A stretch of 64,000 bases of DNA, from the NCBI GenBank assembly GCA_000165425.1, contig CT868043.1, forward strand, positions 124,001 to 188,000, written 5' to 3'. Below the pieces are notes generated by a model. That model ran no database searches, was not told the origin of the DNA, and saw only the letters and a program-made list of their open reading frames with translations. Source of the DNA: Paramecium tetraurelia (taxonomy: Eukaryota). Position 1 is the first letter of the stretch. Every line of letters starts with the position of its first letter. A program made the position numbers and the translations under genes. Positions 26,618 through 40,436 of the stretch are shown piece after piece.

Positions 26618-29600
26618 TCATTTTTTTTTAAAGTGGTCTATTAGATTTTTGCATTTATGAATTAATTTGATTAAAAGTTCTTTTATTAAAAAGAGTAGTT
26701 ACAATCCAATAGATAGATAGATACATGCAGTAATGACCCATCCTAAATTATATATGAATTAATCATTAAACATAACAAAACTATCTTAAAATGCTAAAAC
26801 AATAGTAATTCCAACAATAATTAGAACACCAAGATCAGGTATTAAATTTAAAAAGTATTATTATTTAGTTTCAAATGGATTATCTTATAGTAATAGGAAT
26901 ATATTCAATACACAAGATAAGAAACAAATTGTTGTTTGATAAATTGGAGTTGAATATAATAATACTGTTGAAATAATAAAGATTGTTTTTCTGATTAAAT
27001 TAACAAATGAATAGCTCATAGCCATTCTTTGATCAGTTTTCAATTCTTCATAAAAACAACTATATCTATCATTAAAATGTTTATAATTCAATTGATTTTT
27101 ATGAGTTATTGAAATCCTATATGTAAAATATAATAGATATCCTAATATCATTATACTTACATAAGCAAAAATTATATTTACTTTTACTACTATATATTCT
27201 GATGTTTATTAATTTGTTATCTATAATGTTATTGCTAAACATAAATCAAGAAAACTTAATTATACTGTCTTTAATAAATTTGCTATAAAACATTCATCAC
27301 ATTAAACACTATTTTTATATATTTATTACAAATATTAAGGAATATTTTAAAATTATTATTAATTAACCATCTAATCCTATTATTATTATTATTATTATTA
27401 TTATTCTTATTATTCTTATTATTCTTATTATTCTTATTATTCTTATTATTATTCATATTATTCTTATTATTCTTATTATTCTTATTATTATTCATATTAT
27501 TCTTATTATTCTTATTATTCTTATTATTATTCATATTATTCTTATTATTATTGTTATACCTTAATATTAACCTCAATTTGAAAAGCTTATTATTCTTAAT
27601 CAAGTTGCTAATTTTATTAATATATATCCTATTATTTTAATACTTAGAATGATGGTTTATTAAGTTAAAAAAATGACTGTTATGATTTTATTATTTTGAA
27701 TGTTTTATTTGATGTTTTATAATAATACTCAAGAAATCTCCTAATATATTTACAAAGTATTTTAGTACAAATTACTTATATTAAAAATATAAGAATAGTT
27801 TGAATGTTATTAAAGAATAAAGGATCTATTCCCTTATCATTAAACTTTGTAGGGGATTAGAAATAATAAGGATCGTTTTGATTATTAAATGTGTTGACTG
27901 AGGGAAATTGTACAATATTGTCCCATTAAGCCTATAAGAATATTTGTCTGACATTTTCAGGATATGTGACATTTAAGAAGTAAAAATTGTTCAACCAACT
28001 CAAAATATCTAAAATTGACCATATAAATTTAAATCCTCCCGCCAACATAGCAAGTGGTCCTAAAATAAGTAAGGATTACGAGACTGTTTTTGATGTTTAA
28101 GCCATTTTTTGTCCTTGTTCCTTTTATTCCTAACTTACATAAACCTATCTTTAAGGAACGATTAAAACTTCCTTAATTGATTCTTCATCTAATGCTCTCT
28201 TTTTATATTATCCTTTATACTTAATAATGACATGAATAACATTAACTGGTTCAACATTTTTAAAATATTCAATATCTAGATCACATTTAAGATCTGATTC
28301 TAGAATAGTATAATTATAATCAGTCTTATTAAATTTTTCAATATGAAGTGTTGTTCCTGTACAATTGATTGCTTTTTATGAGGTATCAGCAATGATTGAA
28401 TACTAATTATTATTAGAGGATTCAAATTCCACTTCTACGTTAGGTTCAATAATCAATTCATTACCATCTTTATCAAATAAGTACCCAGGTTCGATTTAGC
28501 ATTTACTACTGCATCCATCGAAATCATTAAGATTGCGATCATCGCAGTTCTCTGATCCAGAAATTATTCCATCTCCACATTTGGAGACACAATCTCTTAA
28601 TTAATAATCATAATAGTATCCTAATTTTAAATTACATTCTTTAACTTAATAATAATTATAATTGTAATTAATACAATTCTTTTAGGTAGTAACACAATCT
28701 ATACAGATTTTATCGCAAACAGAACAAGAATAGTATTTATCAACAAAGTATCCTATTTTACATTGTTTACATGATTAGATACCATCAATGACTACACAAT
28801 TTTAACAATTAACATCTTTACATTATTCACAATGATTGAAGATAAGATTATCATGAAAACATAAATATCCTGGTTCCAATTAACAATTAGTACATCCATC
28901 TCTAGAAATTAGATTTTAATCATCACATTATTCTTTCAAAATATCCAGAATTCCATCTCCACAAGTGTTGACACAATTGTTGTTGATTAAATTATAACCA
29001 TAATTGCAAGATTTACACACACCTTATTAGCATTCTGCACATTAACCATTACAATCAAATTTGCATAAATAACATCCATCAAATTGAATGTTATTGCCAT
29101 CATCACACTATTCTCCCTTCACAAGAATACCATCCCCACAAATAGATTTGCATAAATTACCTGAATTAGTAGTCCAGCCTAGTTCACATTGACATTAATA
29201 GCAACCATCTAACTCATTAAGATTGCCATCATCGCATTATTCTTAGCCAATTTTGATATTGTCTCCACATTAAGAGTCTAAACAAATTTGATCATTATTT
29301 TTGTAATAACCAGCTTTGCATTATTAACATTGTCCTTTTATGCAAGTATTGCAATTCAAACATTCTAAAATACAAAGATGACATCCATCATTTTAAATTG
29401 AGTTTGCATCATCACATTCTTCATCCATTGTTGTGTATCCATCTCCACAAATAGTTTAACATTACTTATCCATCATCAGATACCCTTTAACACACTCGCA
29501 ATTATAGCATCCATTCAATTAGACATCTAGTTATCCATTATCACATATTTCATTTCCCTACACATATCCATTTCCACAAACAGCAACACATTCTTTATTA

Positions 29601-32369
29601 ACTAAACCCCAATATTGATTACATTCTAAACATACTCCTACTGCACAAGTTGAACACTCATCAGGACAAGAATACTAGCAATTATAGCAACCATCAAATG
29701 GTAGTATGTTTCCATCTTCACATTGTTCTAAGAATGGGTCAATTAATGAATCTCCACAAATTGGTTTTGAAATAGGCAAAGGTGCTTGATATGATTTTTA
29801 TATTTTATTTTCTTCAATATCAAAACATGGATATATCTATGCTTCATTGAATGAGCATTCAGGATAACATTACATCTAAATGTTCATATATCCATCTTAA
29901 CATAATTAACATTCTCCATTTACACATAAAGAACACTCTAATTGGCATTCATATTTGCACTGATTGCATCCATCAAAAGGAACTAAATTACCATCATCGC
30001 AAACTTCCATTTCCACAACAAGAGCATCTCCGCATATTGGTTAACATGTTTTAGTAAATTAATCCTCATAATAACCTGTTTTACAAACACAATTGGCTGA
30101 TACTATTGTTCTATATTAAGTTTCATCGCAAATACAAGTTCCATGTTTTAGTGAAAATTTATCTGAACAAACTTTACATTGAGATCCTGTGACACATTAT
30201 TTACAATAATTCAAAGTGCAATCTTAACATATATAATCTGATGTAGCGGCATCATAGTTCCAAAATTAGGGTGCAGGACAACTTTGTAAATCAGTTCCTA
30301 AAGTACACACATCAAGACTAGTGCAAGAAGAGCACCCTGTTACACATTAATGAATTACAATGAAATATTCTGATATTGCACAAAATCCATCTCTTAGATC
30401 TTGTTCTGCACTGCATTCGAATTCTATTTTGAATTGATTCGATGTGTGTTAGTAGTATTAATATATAAATGTCACACTTTCCTTACTTTCTTTACCTATT
30501 ATGTTTATATCATCATTTGATTGTTATCTAATAATAGTCTTTTACCTATAAGAATCTAAATAATAATTAAAGACCCCATTAAAATCATCTCCAAATGTGA
30601 TGTTAAATCTTATAGATATGGCGTAATGAGGATTAGTAAATGTATATGTTTTAGTGTATTTCGCATTGTTCCATGCTAAAAGACCGCCCATCACAAATTT
30701 ATCATTCATAGTAGAGAAATATTATCCAGTTAAGAAATTACCTCCACTCTAGGCAACCGAATCAAAATGAGATGATATTTCATCAAATGTCATATTGGTG
30801 TCATAAAATGCTTTCACTAGATATTATGAAACTATTATATTAATTATTTGAATTACATGGTATTTCGTCTACGTAATCTAAACAATCATTTGAGTATATG
30901 GGACATTTATTGATGCATTCAGTTCCCAAAAGGAAATATCCTTAATCACAAACTTAACACGTGGTTTCATCCAAGCATATTTAGCAATGTAATTAGCAAA
31001 CTCCATAATCAATTGTTATGTTGCTAAATCCCCATTAACTAGGAGATATCATTGTACCCTTAATTTGTAAGACTGGATTATTTGTTTTTGGATACATTAC
31101 TAATTCAAATCTATATTATTAATCAATAATAGGTGAGGAACACCTGTCTAAATTTTCAAAGGTAATACGTGTTGATNNNNNNNNNNNNNNNNNNNNNNNN
31201 NNNNNNNNNNNNNNNNNNNNNNNNNNNNNNNNNNNNNNNNNNNNNNNNNNNNNNNNNNNNNNNNNNNNNNNNNNNNNNNNNNNNNNNNNNNNNNNNNNNN
31301 NNNNNNNNNNNNNNNNNNNNNNNNNNTAGATTATCGACAATTAAATAGTGCTATCTAGACTAATATTATTTGTTGAGCCACTTTCAAAATTAAGCATATA
31401 TAAATCTTTTCTTAGTCGAATTGATGATAATTATTTTAAATTACCTAAAGGCAATGAAACAGTTTAAGACCCAAATGGTCCGGCAATATTTCTTTTAATC
31501 CAAGAGTTAAAACAATATTAAGAAAAACTTTAAACACTTAAATATGATAAAGGTATTTCTGGAATATTGGATAAGCTTTATGAAGGATTCATAAAATTAA
31601 ATTTAGATGAAATTCTAAGATCCTTTTAACAGATAAGGTTCGTATCAAATAAGTAATGATCCCTCTAACATTCTGAAATCCAGCCATATCCTTCCTAATA
31701 GAATTTAGTAAAAACATCTGAATCTACTCGAATTATAGGTGTAACACATTTATAAGTAATAGTATCTTAGGCAAAACAAGTTAAGCAAGCGTTTGGATCA
31801 GATTCATGACATGACTCACATAAAGGATTACAAAAAAATCCATATACTTAAAAGTTTCTTATTCTTATTTTATTTCCACTTGTAAAAGGTGTAAATTCAA
31901 CAGATATTGAAAAATTCTTTTGTGGAACTTATAATTTTGTGGTAACTATTTTTGAAAATTCAAATGAATATTCTTCAACATCATTCCTACAATTTCTACT
32001 CTGTTGTAATAATTAATTCCCTTATTTTTAGACTTACTTTAATAGAGTTGGTATTTTGGATGATCCATAATTCTAAATAAAATTAACAGAAACAGTTGAT
32101 GATGAAGAATCTGAGATAGGAAAATCATAATATATATCGAAAATGACTTAGACTTACTAGACAGAAATAGGAATGGATTTCAAAATTAAATCATTCGAGT
32201 TGTCAAGTACTATTTGTTATTCTCCGTTAGTATTACAAGTTGCTGTTTCAACACCGCTCATTATCCACCCATCTTAATTTAGCGTTAGAGTTTGATCTGT
32301 TAAGCTTTAATCTATTAGTTTCCACTGAGCTAGTGCACATGACATCATCAACAAAAACACTATAAACAT
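26618..32369 (-). CDS. Giant secreted/membrane protein with Myxococcus-type cysteine-rich repeats and a multi-pass TM C-terminus
   Basis: Signal peptide MFIVFLLMMSCALA; about 8 CGDG...E.CDDGN....DGC repeats (28.5-30.05 kb); C-terminal TM region (RYSCFYEELK..FVNLIRKTIFI..); spans an N gap; TGA at 26618-26620. Confidence 0.85.
27379..27555 (-). repeat. Coding tandem repeat (GAATAATAA)n with a ~39-nt higher-order unit, encoding QQE/QYE runs
   Basis: + strand ttattattc arrays with periodic ttcatattattc; in the gene frame TAA TAA GAA = Q Q E. Confidence 0.85.
31177..31326. other. Assembly gap (150 N)
   Basis: Run of N. Confidence 1.
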
Positions 32370-32779
32370 AGAATTATAAATATTGAAATATCTGTCTATA
32401 AATATCTTATTATTAATTAAGGATTATTTATATGATGTCATTGTCTCTAAATCATCGTCTTATAAGAAATTTTATTTAGATATTTATTAATATATTCTTA
32501 TATGAATAATTAGCAATATTTCTTTTTTCAACTAAATTAAAAAGGAATTTCTACATATAACATTAGAAATTAAGCGATGGAACTTTTCTTGTCGTTCTTA
32601 AGGCTTTGAATAAGCCAAATCTTAGAATATGTCTAACAATTTTAGTTTATTTAGTGGAAAAAAAAAAATTCTCATAAATAACTAAAACGTGCTTATATTT
32701 TTTAACTAATATAATACTAAAAATGCCTGAAAGCAATAAATAGAAATTATATGGATTAAAAATGAAGCAATCAATAGTC

Positions 32780-33179
32780 TTTGATTAGTAAAAAAGGTAC
32801 TAAATCATTTTTGGATTCAGGTAATCCATAATTATTCAGGGCTTTTCCTTTCAAAAGTAAGGATAGAAGAATTCCTTATTCTCCTATTAATTTCTCAAGA
32901 ACTAATTACAAAAATTATTTATCTCTAATGAGAACTCCATCCATCAATTTCTTTTAAGGTTAAAAAATCTCATATTTCGTTGTTATTTAAGAGTTTCAGT
33001 AATTTAGTTATGTATAATGGGTTTGAAGAATTAAGAGATCTCCTTACTCAACTATCATCTAAAAGACTCTTCAGATATGACTTACTTCTATTTTTAGGAT
33101 AATCTTCGTCATTTCTTGAGACTTTTTATCCCTTTGATGATTAACCTCTAAGTAGTTTTTTATTATTATCTTTTTTCAT
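32780..33179 (-). pseudogene. Short gene remnant
   Basis: MKKDNNKKLLRGQSSKG... frame interrupted by several TGA codons. Confidence 0.3.
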
Positions 33180-34561
33180 TTATTTTATTAATTTTCAGTT
33201 CAACGAAAAAAAACTCTTCTTGCTTCAATATCATCAACCCTGAATAATGTTAAAGTACAAAAATAATAGAAGAAGTAGGTGGAATGCAAAATATAATAAT
33301 AATAGGATTATATGGTTAATTAATAACATTTTTAATGATCCTTAATATTTATATAAAGTGCTTAATTTGATGAATGTTTTACTTCAGAATATTTAGTTGT
33401 AAAAATAAATATTTTTTTGCTTATGTAAATATACTGATTTATAATCAATTTATATTTATTTATAATTATTATTTGTTAATAAACTTAATATTTAACTTTC
33501 AATTTTATATCTACTCTTTTATTCAATATATAAAGAACTTTTAATCAAACCAAATCATTTTAACAAAAATGCGTTAATTAGCTATTTAGTTTTCTATCAA
33601 TATATATAGATTCAATTAATAATTTTTTTAGGCCTTATCTGCTCTCTTCTGAATTAAATTTATTAATAATAATTATTATAAAACAGATCAGTTCCCAAAC
33701 GAAAATTGAATATTTCACTGAAATTGATGCAAAAATATCTAGTTACTTTATAATCCAATCTAAAAATTATAATTAGCAATTTTTTTTGGAAAATAAACAT
33801 CTTATTAGAAATATTTTTAATCAACTAAAAGTAATTTAATATTTTGTCTAAATGTTTGAGCATTCAAAATGATAACACTCCATAAAATTTTCAAAAAAAT
33901 ATTATATCAATAATTTTTTTCAAAATTATCTACTCAGAAGTGAAAAAAAAATCAATTTATAAAAAGATTTAATTATTACTAATTCATAATTATATGATTG
34001 AATATATAAATAAATGGACACTCTACTTGAAAATTTCACAATCATAATAAAGTACACGTTTTTGGTTCCAATATAATCGAATGAGTTTATAAATGAAAAA
34101 TGTTAGTTGGATAAATATAGTTTATTTTACTTAACTATAGAGTTCTATTTTGCTTTTATTGGAAATGATGAATAAATTAATCAATTAATTATCTGTTTGA
34201 TTCTATAAAGTGTGACTACCAATTTTTTAAATATGCTTTATAGTTTCTCCATTTCTAATCTCAAAATATCTATTGTATCAAGGTTGATTAGCCATCATTT
34301 TTGAAAAAATAGGGTTATTTTTGTGTTATACTGCTTATCATTATTTAATCTTAGAAATTGCTCTATGATAAATAGTTTATTCATTAATTCTGAAATTTAT
34401 TATCTTTTGGTTGATTAACTTTGATACTTCAGAACTCAGATTAGACTTACATTAGAAATGCCATTTAAACACTTTTCAAGTTAATTCCTAGGTTTTATGA
34501 ATTGAGAAATAAAAGGATTCTATAAAATGTTAATTTATATAATTATTTAATTGTGAAATAG

Positions 34562-35555
34562 ATGGAATTGGTAAAGAAAGGATTTTCAGTTTTAGTATCG
34601 ATTCACAGCAAATTAATCCACAAATATTATCAGCACTTGTACAGAAAGAGAAAATTAAGAATATTCTTTATGGGAATAGGTATTTATGAAAGTTGATAAT
34701 TTACAAGGGTCATTGTATTTATTGAGAAGATTGTCATAACTGGCAATGGCATTAGCCCCTTCAATTAGAAGAAATATGACTGCCAGATATGGAGAAGAAT
34801 CTTGGGCTGTAGTAACAGGAGGATCAGATGGGATTGGTAAAGAATTTTGCATTTAATTGGCGAAATAGAAATTCAATATTGCCATAATAGGTAGGAATGC
34901 CAAGAAAATGGATTAGGTTTGTTTAGAATTATAGGGTTTTGGAGTTCAGACTAAATTTGTTGTAGCTGATTTTAATGAGGGACATACAGTCGAATTTTAT
35001 AATAAGATCTATGAATAGCTTGAGTATTTGGATATTTCAATTTTGGTAAATAATGTGGGGGCAGCAGAAGCAGGGTAATTCGAACAAACAAAGATGGAAG
35101 ATTCATTGATGATGTTGAGAGTGAATGCATTATCCACTCTAATGATGACCAGAATTCTCATTAGCAAATTGTAAAATAGAGAGAAGAAATCAGCAGTGAT
35201 TACAGTCTCCTCTGGATTAGCATATCTGCCTTGTCCATTTGTTAGCGTTTATAGTGGAACAAAGGCATTCACCAATTATTTCACTTAATCTTTAGCCTTA
35301 ACATCAAAGAAAATAGACTTTTTGAGCGCAACTTCTTTGGGAGTGAGTACCAAAATGTTAGGAAATAGAAAAGGTCCTAATATTCTTGAGACTAATGAAT
35401 TTGTGAAAAATGTGATAAATGACTTGAGACAAGGAAAGACACACAGTTTTGGATGTTAACGACACAAAAGGTTTATCAATCACCTATTGTGGAGAAACTA
35501 AAACTTTAGAAATTAAGCAAAAATTTAAATAGGGCATAATTTGATGAATTGTTGA
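34562..35555 (+). CDS. Short-chain dehydrogenase/reductase, 17beta-HSD12/very-long-chain 3-oxoacyl-CoA reductase type
   Basis: RYGEESWAVVTGGSDGIGKEF, ILVNNVG, catalytic YSGTK; one 28-nt intron near 34680-34707. Confidence 0.9.
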
Positions 35556-36272
35556 ATGAATGAGACGATATATTAAATAATAAATAACAAAATATAGTAG
35601 ATAATTTAGTTTAATTTTATGATAAAATCATCTGGTAATAATCATAAATGGTATTAAGGACATATTTGAATATTGATAACTGAAATATAAAAATAGTTCT
35701 ACCATTTATGTCCAATTGTATTAAATTTGACTTCAAATATGAAGTAAGCCCTCAAAAATTAAGAATGAATGAATTAAAAAAAGGAATTCTCTCCTTTCTC
35801 TCCTCTCAAATTAAAAAGTAATGCAATAAATGATAGAATTAAATGACTTAATTTTTGATAATCTTCAGATTAAAAGAGAAAAGAATAATGTCTCAAAAAA
35901 GAACTAGTAAATTAATAAATAAGGTCGTAATTTAACTATGAAAATGTTGATTTCTAATTTAATAATCAATTCTAGCTTATTATAAAATTATATCTATAGT
36001 ATTATTTTTGTTATAGTTGGGGGAATGGAATAATTTTAGTAATAGTTTTTAAAGAGAAAAAGACTTTTTGATTCATCAGTGAGATTAAAAAGTATTTATC
36101 CAGATTAAGCGATTGAAAAGGATTAGCAATATAAACAAGGAGTGAGAAATAAGGCATGTGGTAGTTGGATAGTAATGAATAGAAAATGAAAGAGAATAAG
36201 AAATACGATATTCAAGATAGTTTAATAAATGTGAATTATTTATTAATTTAAAATAGTTATTACAGTATTAAA

Positions 36273-38918
36273 ATGAAACAGACAAGAGTTCAATCTGCTG
36301 CAACAAATTCTCGTCTTCGAGATAATCATTATGATCCTAAAGTACACGCAAAGGCTTGGATTGCTCCAGGTAGATGTTCAAATTAAATTAGGAATCTTCA
36401 ATCAATTACCTAAATATGAACATCTAGATTCTGGTCTAGTTGTTATCCATTAGAAGAATAACAAAATGAAATAGTTTAAGGAATTGTCGGAATTAAACGA
36501 GGAGATTCAGGAAATGCAAAAGAAAGATGAATTCAGAAAATTTAAAGAGTTTGAGAATCTTTATAATGGAGATTTAGTAGTGACAATTGAATATTGGTAT
36601 AATTTGAATTAAAGTATATAGTACAAATTGTTCTCAGCATGCAGGATCAACTAGACATGACGAGGAGAAATATTATACATTCGCCACCAATTTAAAATAG
36701 GAGCTTATTTAGTAATATCCAACAGCAAAGGTTTACTTGAAGCCATTGATCTATGATCCCCATGATTACTCTATAGACACTCTCTACATTCAAAGGAGAA
36801 TTGGCGCATTTGAAGTACAGGTCTGTTCAAAGAATAGAGATCAAGTCAAAAAAGGCTTAGTATTTTCAAAGTTGAATACTAAGATTTGGCCTAATTATAC
36901 AGAAGTCATTGAAAGAGTTAGTGATTATTTAAATACTGCTCCATTAGAAATTTACGTCAATTTTGGTGAGAATATTAAAGGCAATCTTAACAACATTGAA
37001 GTTACTCTGACTCCATATAGATAAGACAGACCATAATCAAGTGTCTCTAGGATATCTTCACAAACTAAAAAAACAAATAGAACTGCCACAAAAGAAAGAA
37101 AAATAATTGCTAAAACTAATAATCAAGGATATATTAAACTAGAAGATGTTCCTGTGGATGTCTATGTTGTAGAAGTGCATGAATCTAATGATTATCTTAA
37201 TGAACAATTATTATTGAATATGGTAGAAATGGCTGAATAAAGTAATGATACTATGCAAGTCGTTATTAAACTAAGGAAATAAACTCACTCTTATTTGGAT
37301 ATTAAGATATTTAGTTAGTAGGGTGCAACCTTAACTGAAGCTAAAATAACTATAACAAATCTTTAAACTCAAGAAAGTATGTTATCAAGAGAAATTGAAC
37401 CTGGTAGATATGAAGCAATTTTAGAGCCTAATTAATATACCTTTACTATCTAAAAGAGAGGATACAAAGAGCTGAGTTAGACTATTGATGCAGTTTAAGG
37501 AGTCAACGAATTCAAGTTGATTATGGAAGTAGACCCAAATGATCAATAACCAATTAAACCACCTTAATCAGCAAAATAACTATAACCAATATAAAAACCT
37601 AGTAGTGCTCGACCAACTAGTGCTTCTAGATCATAGTAAGGTAACAATACAGCTTAATCTCAATAATAAATGAGTAAATAATAATAATCGTAGTAGTAAT
37701 AATAGCAATAACAATAATAGTTACCACCAAAACCAAAATCTTAATAATAATCAATACAGTCCTATGAATAACCTGAATATATGGAACCAACTAAATAGGA
37801 AGCAATCTCAAATCCTAATAGACCTATTTCAGGTTATAAATCTACACAAGTATTTATTTACGATCCTTACACTAATTTACCGATCGAAGGAGTTTAAGTA
37901 ATTTTGAATGAAGAATCTACAAAACAATCATAGACATATGTAACTGATCAGGAAGGAACTTGTAGGATTATTTTACAAGGAGTTTTGGAAGGGAAAATGG
38001 TGATTTAAACGTATTCTATTATTTTTAATTGTTTATTAGGGAAGGGTATTTCCCAATAGTTGAAGAATATGGAACTACTTAATCAAAAATGAATTTATAT
38101 CAATTGAGAGAATTGTCATTTCCTTTGATTTAACATCTAGAGGACAAGAATTCAGTTATGATTTTAGTTCAAACCAATGTTGAAGTGATGCCAATTGACA
38201 TCAAGATGATTCTACCTGATAATGTGTAGATTGATTAGAGTCATCAGAATGTACTCTACGATATGAATGATGAATCTGGATGTTAAAGGATTATTGTACA
38301 TGATCTTAATACTAGAAGAGGAGTGTATAGAATCATTGCAGACATAATTGAACCTGATTATGTACATCCTCAGCATTTAAAAGTTTATATTATAACCAAT
38401 AAAGACTTAAAATTAGTAGATGTCCCAAAAACAATTAATTAAGAACAAATCTATTGGGACTTAGGTGTAATTTGTGGTAATTTATTCAATTCATTTAATT
38501 AATAGCACCCAATTCTGGATTTCTAGAGATCAATACTCCCACTGATGAAATTTTGAAGAGAGATAAATATCTTAAAGACTATCAGAGTTTGTTGCAGTTC
38601 TTAAAGAATTCTAAGAACATGGATTTGAAAACTATCTTGGGATTTAATGATAAGGAGAGACTAGAATTATAAGGTGATGTCTTTGTTTAGAAGGAGAAAA
38701 TTAAAAACACTTTAGATAAGTATGGTTTTGAAGCAATCACTAATCTTGATTATTTAATCTATTCCGCCATGATGTCGAATGGATTGTACAGTTTTAAAAG
38801 ACTGGAATAGAAATTTGGAAATCTGGATTTTGAATTCATATTTGATGATGAGAATTCAACTAGTAAGTAAAAGGAAATGAGTGAAGATGAACCTTATGAT
38901 GATGATTATGATATATGA
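36273..38918 (+). CDS. Multidomain protein: Rdx (SelW/SelT/SelH-like) CxxC domain, beta-sandwich repeats, Q-rich linker, acidic tail
   Basis: Splicing out intron 36597-36621 gives VTIEYCTNC; downstream RIGAFEVQV..VFSKLNTKIWPN; later segments resemble carboxypeptidase-regulatory-like sandwiches (PIEGVQVIL..TYVTDQEG). Confidence 0.75.
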
Positions 38919-39332
38919 AATTATTATTAAATTAAAATGACTCACATATCAATTTATATACTATATAGTATTACTGATAAAATACCAAAAATCCTATTAC
39001 ACATAATCATATACACCTAAGATGTAGTATAGTAAATTTAAATGAATCTGTAGATGAGGAATTAGCATTATTAACTAGAATTATTAAACACTGGTATATA
39101 GCAAGAGATGGTCCATTTTAATATAATGCTACATAGATTAAGTTAGAAATTAGCCAGCAAAAATTTGAAAGGCGTTAAAGAAGAAGTAGTGATAGATCAA
39201 TTTATCATTAGGGTATTCCAAGAATTACGATTTATTATCTAATGTAGATGAAATTAAAATAACCGATAACTGAAGAAAATATTACTTATTGATTGATATT
39301 ATATTATTTAGTATTGCATTGAATAAATCAGT

Positions 39333-40436
39333 TCAAATTCTTGATTATTACCTAATGATGACATTGAGTCGAGCATTTTCATCTATATAGTAATTTAATT
39401 AGTTCTTCAAATTCTCAATCAAATACATGTTCTTTTATTCATAGATTAAACCCTACTAGACATGAGAAAACTCATCAGAAATCTATTTCAATTCATTCTT
39501 TAATTAAGCTATTTCTTATTCCTAACTGATTTATTATTATTCCATCTATTTCTTTTATTCATACTCCTTTTGTATTATACTATGTAATCGATCATTTTCC
39601 ATACAAAGCATTAAAAATTTCTACTATAATTATTGCAGAGGCATCAATTATTATTAAGATTGTAATTTAACTTTCAATGATTCGACCTCAAACTTCAATT
39701 AAGTCACTTATTATTATTATTAACTCAAACTCTGGCTAGTTGCGTGTATTTATTAAGTCTTATGTGTTACTTCATCCTATAATTCCTTATTAAACTTATC
39801 TATGATCTAATATTATTGATCTTTTTGCTATGTCATGAATTACACTTTTTAATTGATAGTATTCAAAGTATTTCTTATTTCTTGATTTTCCAAAGTCTTT
39901 TCCTCCAATATTGCCTTGAATTTAAAGATTTCTTAGTCTTTTATTTATAACTACTATCTGAGCAATTAAGTTTCATCCTAATTTTTATTCTAAGAGTGAC
40001 ATTATGTTTCCAATTAATGCTACAAATCTTTAATCACTTCTTGCTTTATTTTAATTTCTTTTAATTGTTATTCCGATAATTTTGATATCTATTCCAGCTC
40101 ATTTATCAATCGTAATTGATCTTAATACATCTTATCATAGCTGTGCTTGAGATTCTCATAATCGATTGATTATTAATTAATCTGATCCTTCATTTTTTAA
40201 TTGTGCTAAATCAAAACTTTTATTTCTTTCTCCTTCTCTGGATCATTTGTATTCTATCTAATCTGCTAGTACTCATTTCCTTTTGAAAATTAATGTTATG
40301 CGGGACTAAAATGCTATTAAGTAGAAGGGCTTATCCTTAAAGGAGAAAATATGTTTTCTTTTCTATGCATTAATGGCATCATCTATTGAGATGACTAAAA
40401 GACTAGTCTTTTCTCAATTGGCGCTGTGTATTGCAT
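39333..40436 (-). CDS. Coiled-coil protein (367 aa)
   Basis: 1104-nt intronless frame, Q/E/K/L heptad-rich. Confidence 0.7.

Noticed and set aside
27379..27555. CRISPR-like or telomeric array
   Set aside because: No unique spacers and no C4A2/C3A3 telomere motif; it is a simple coding minisatellite
27283..27603. ORF-track poly-Asn/Lys protein (NNKNNK...)
   Set aside because: Wrong frame of the QQE repeat inside the large minus-strand gene
34692..34697. Apparent premature TGA in the SDR gene
   Set aside because: It lies inside a 28-nt GT..AG intron whose removal restores the frame
38938..39292. Small plus-strand gene between the Rdx protein and the coiled-coil gene
   Set aside because: Two competing frames, no clear start or motif; not supportable
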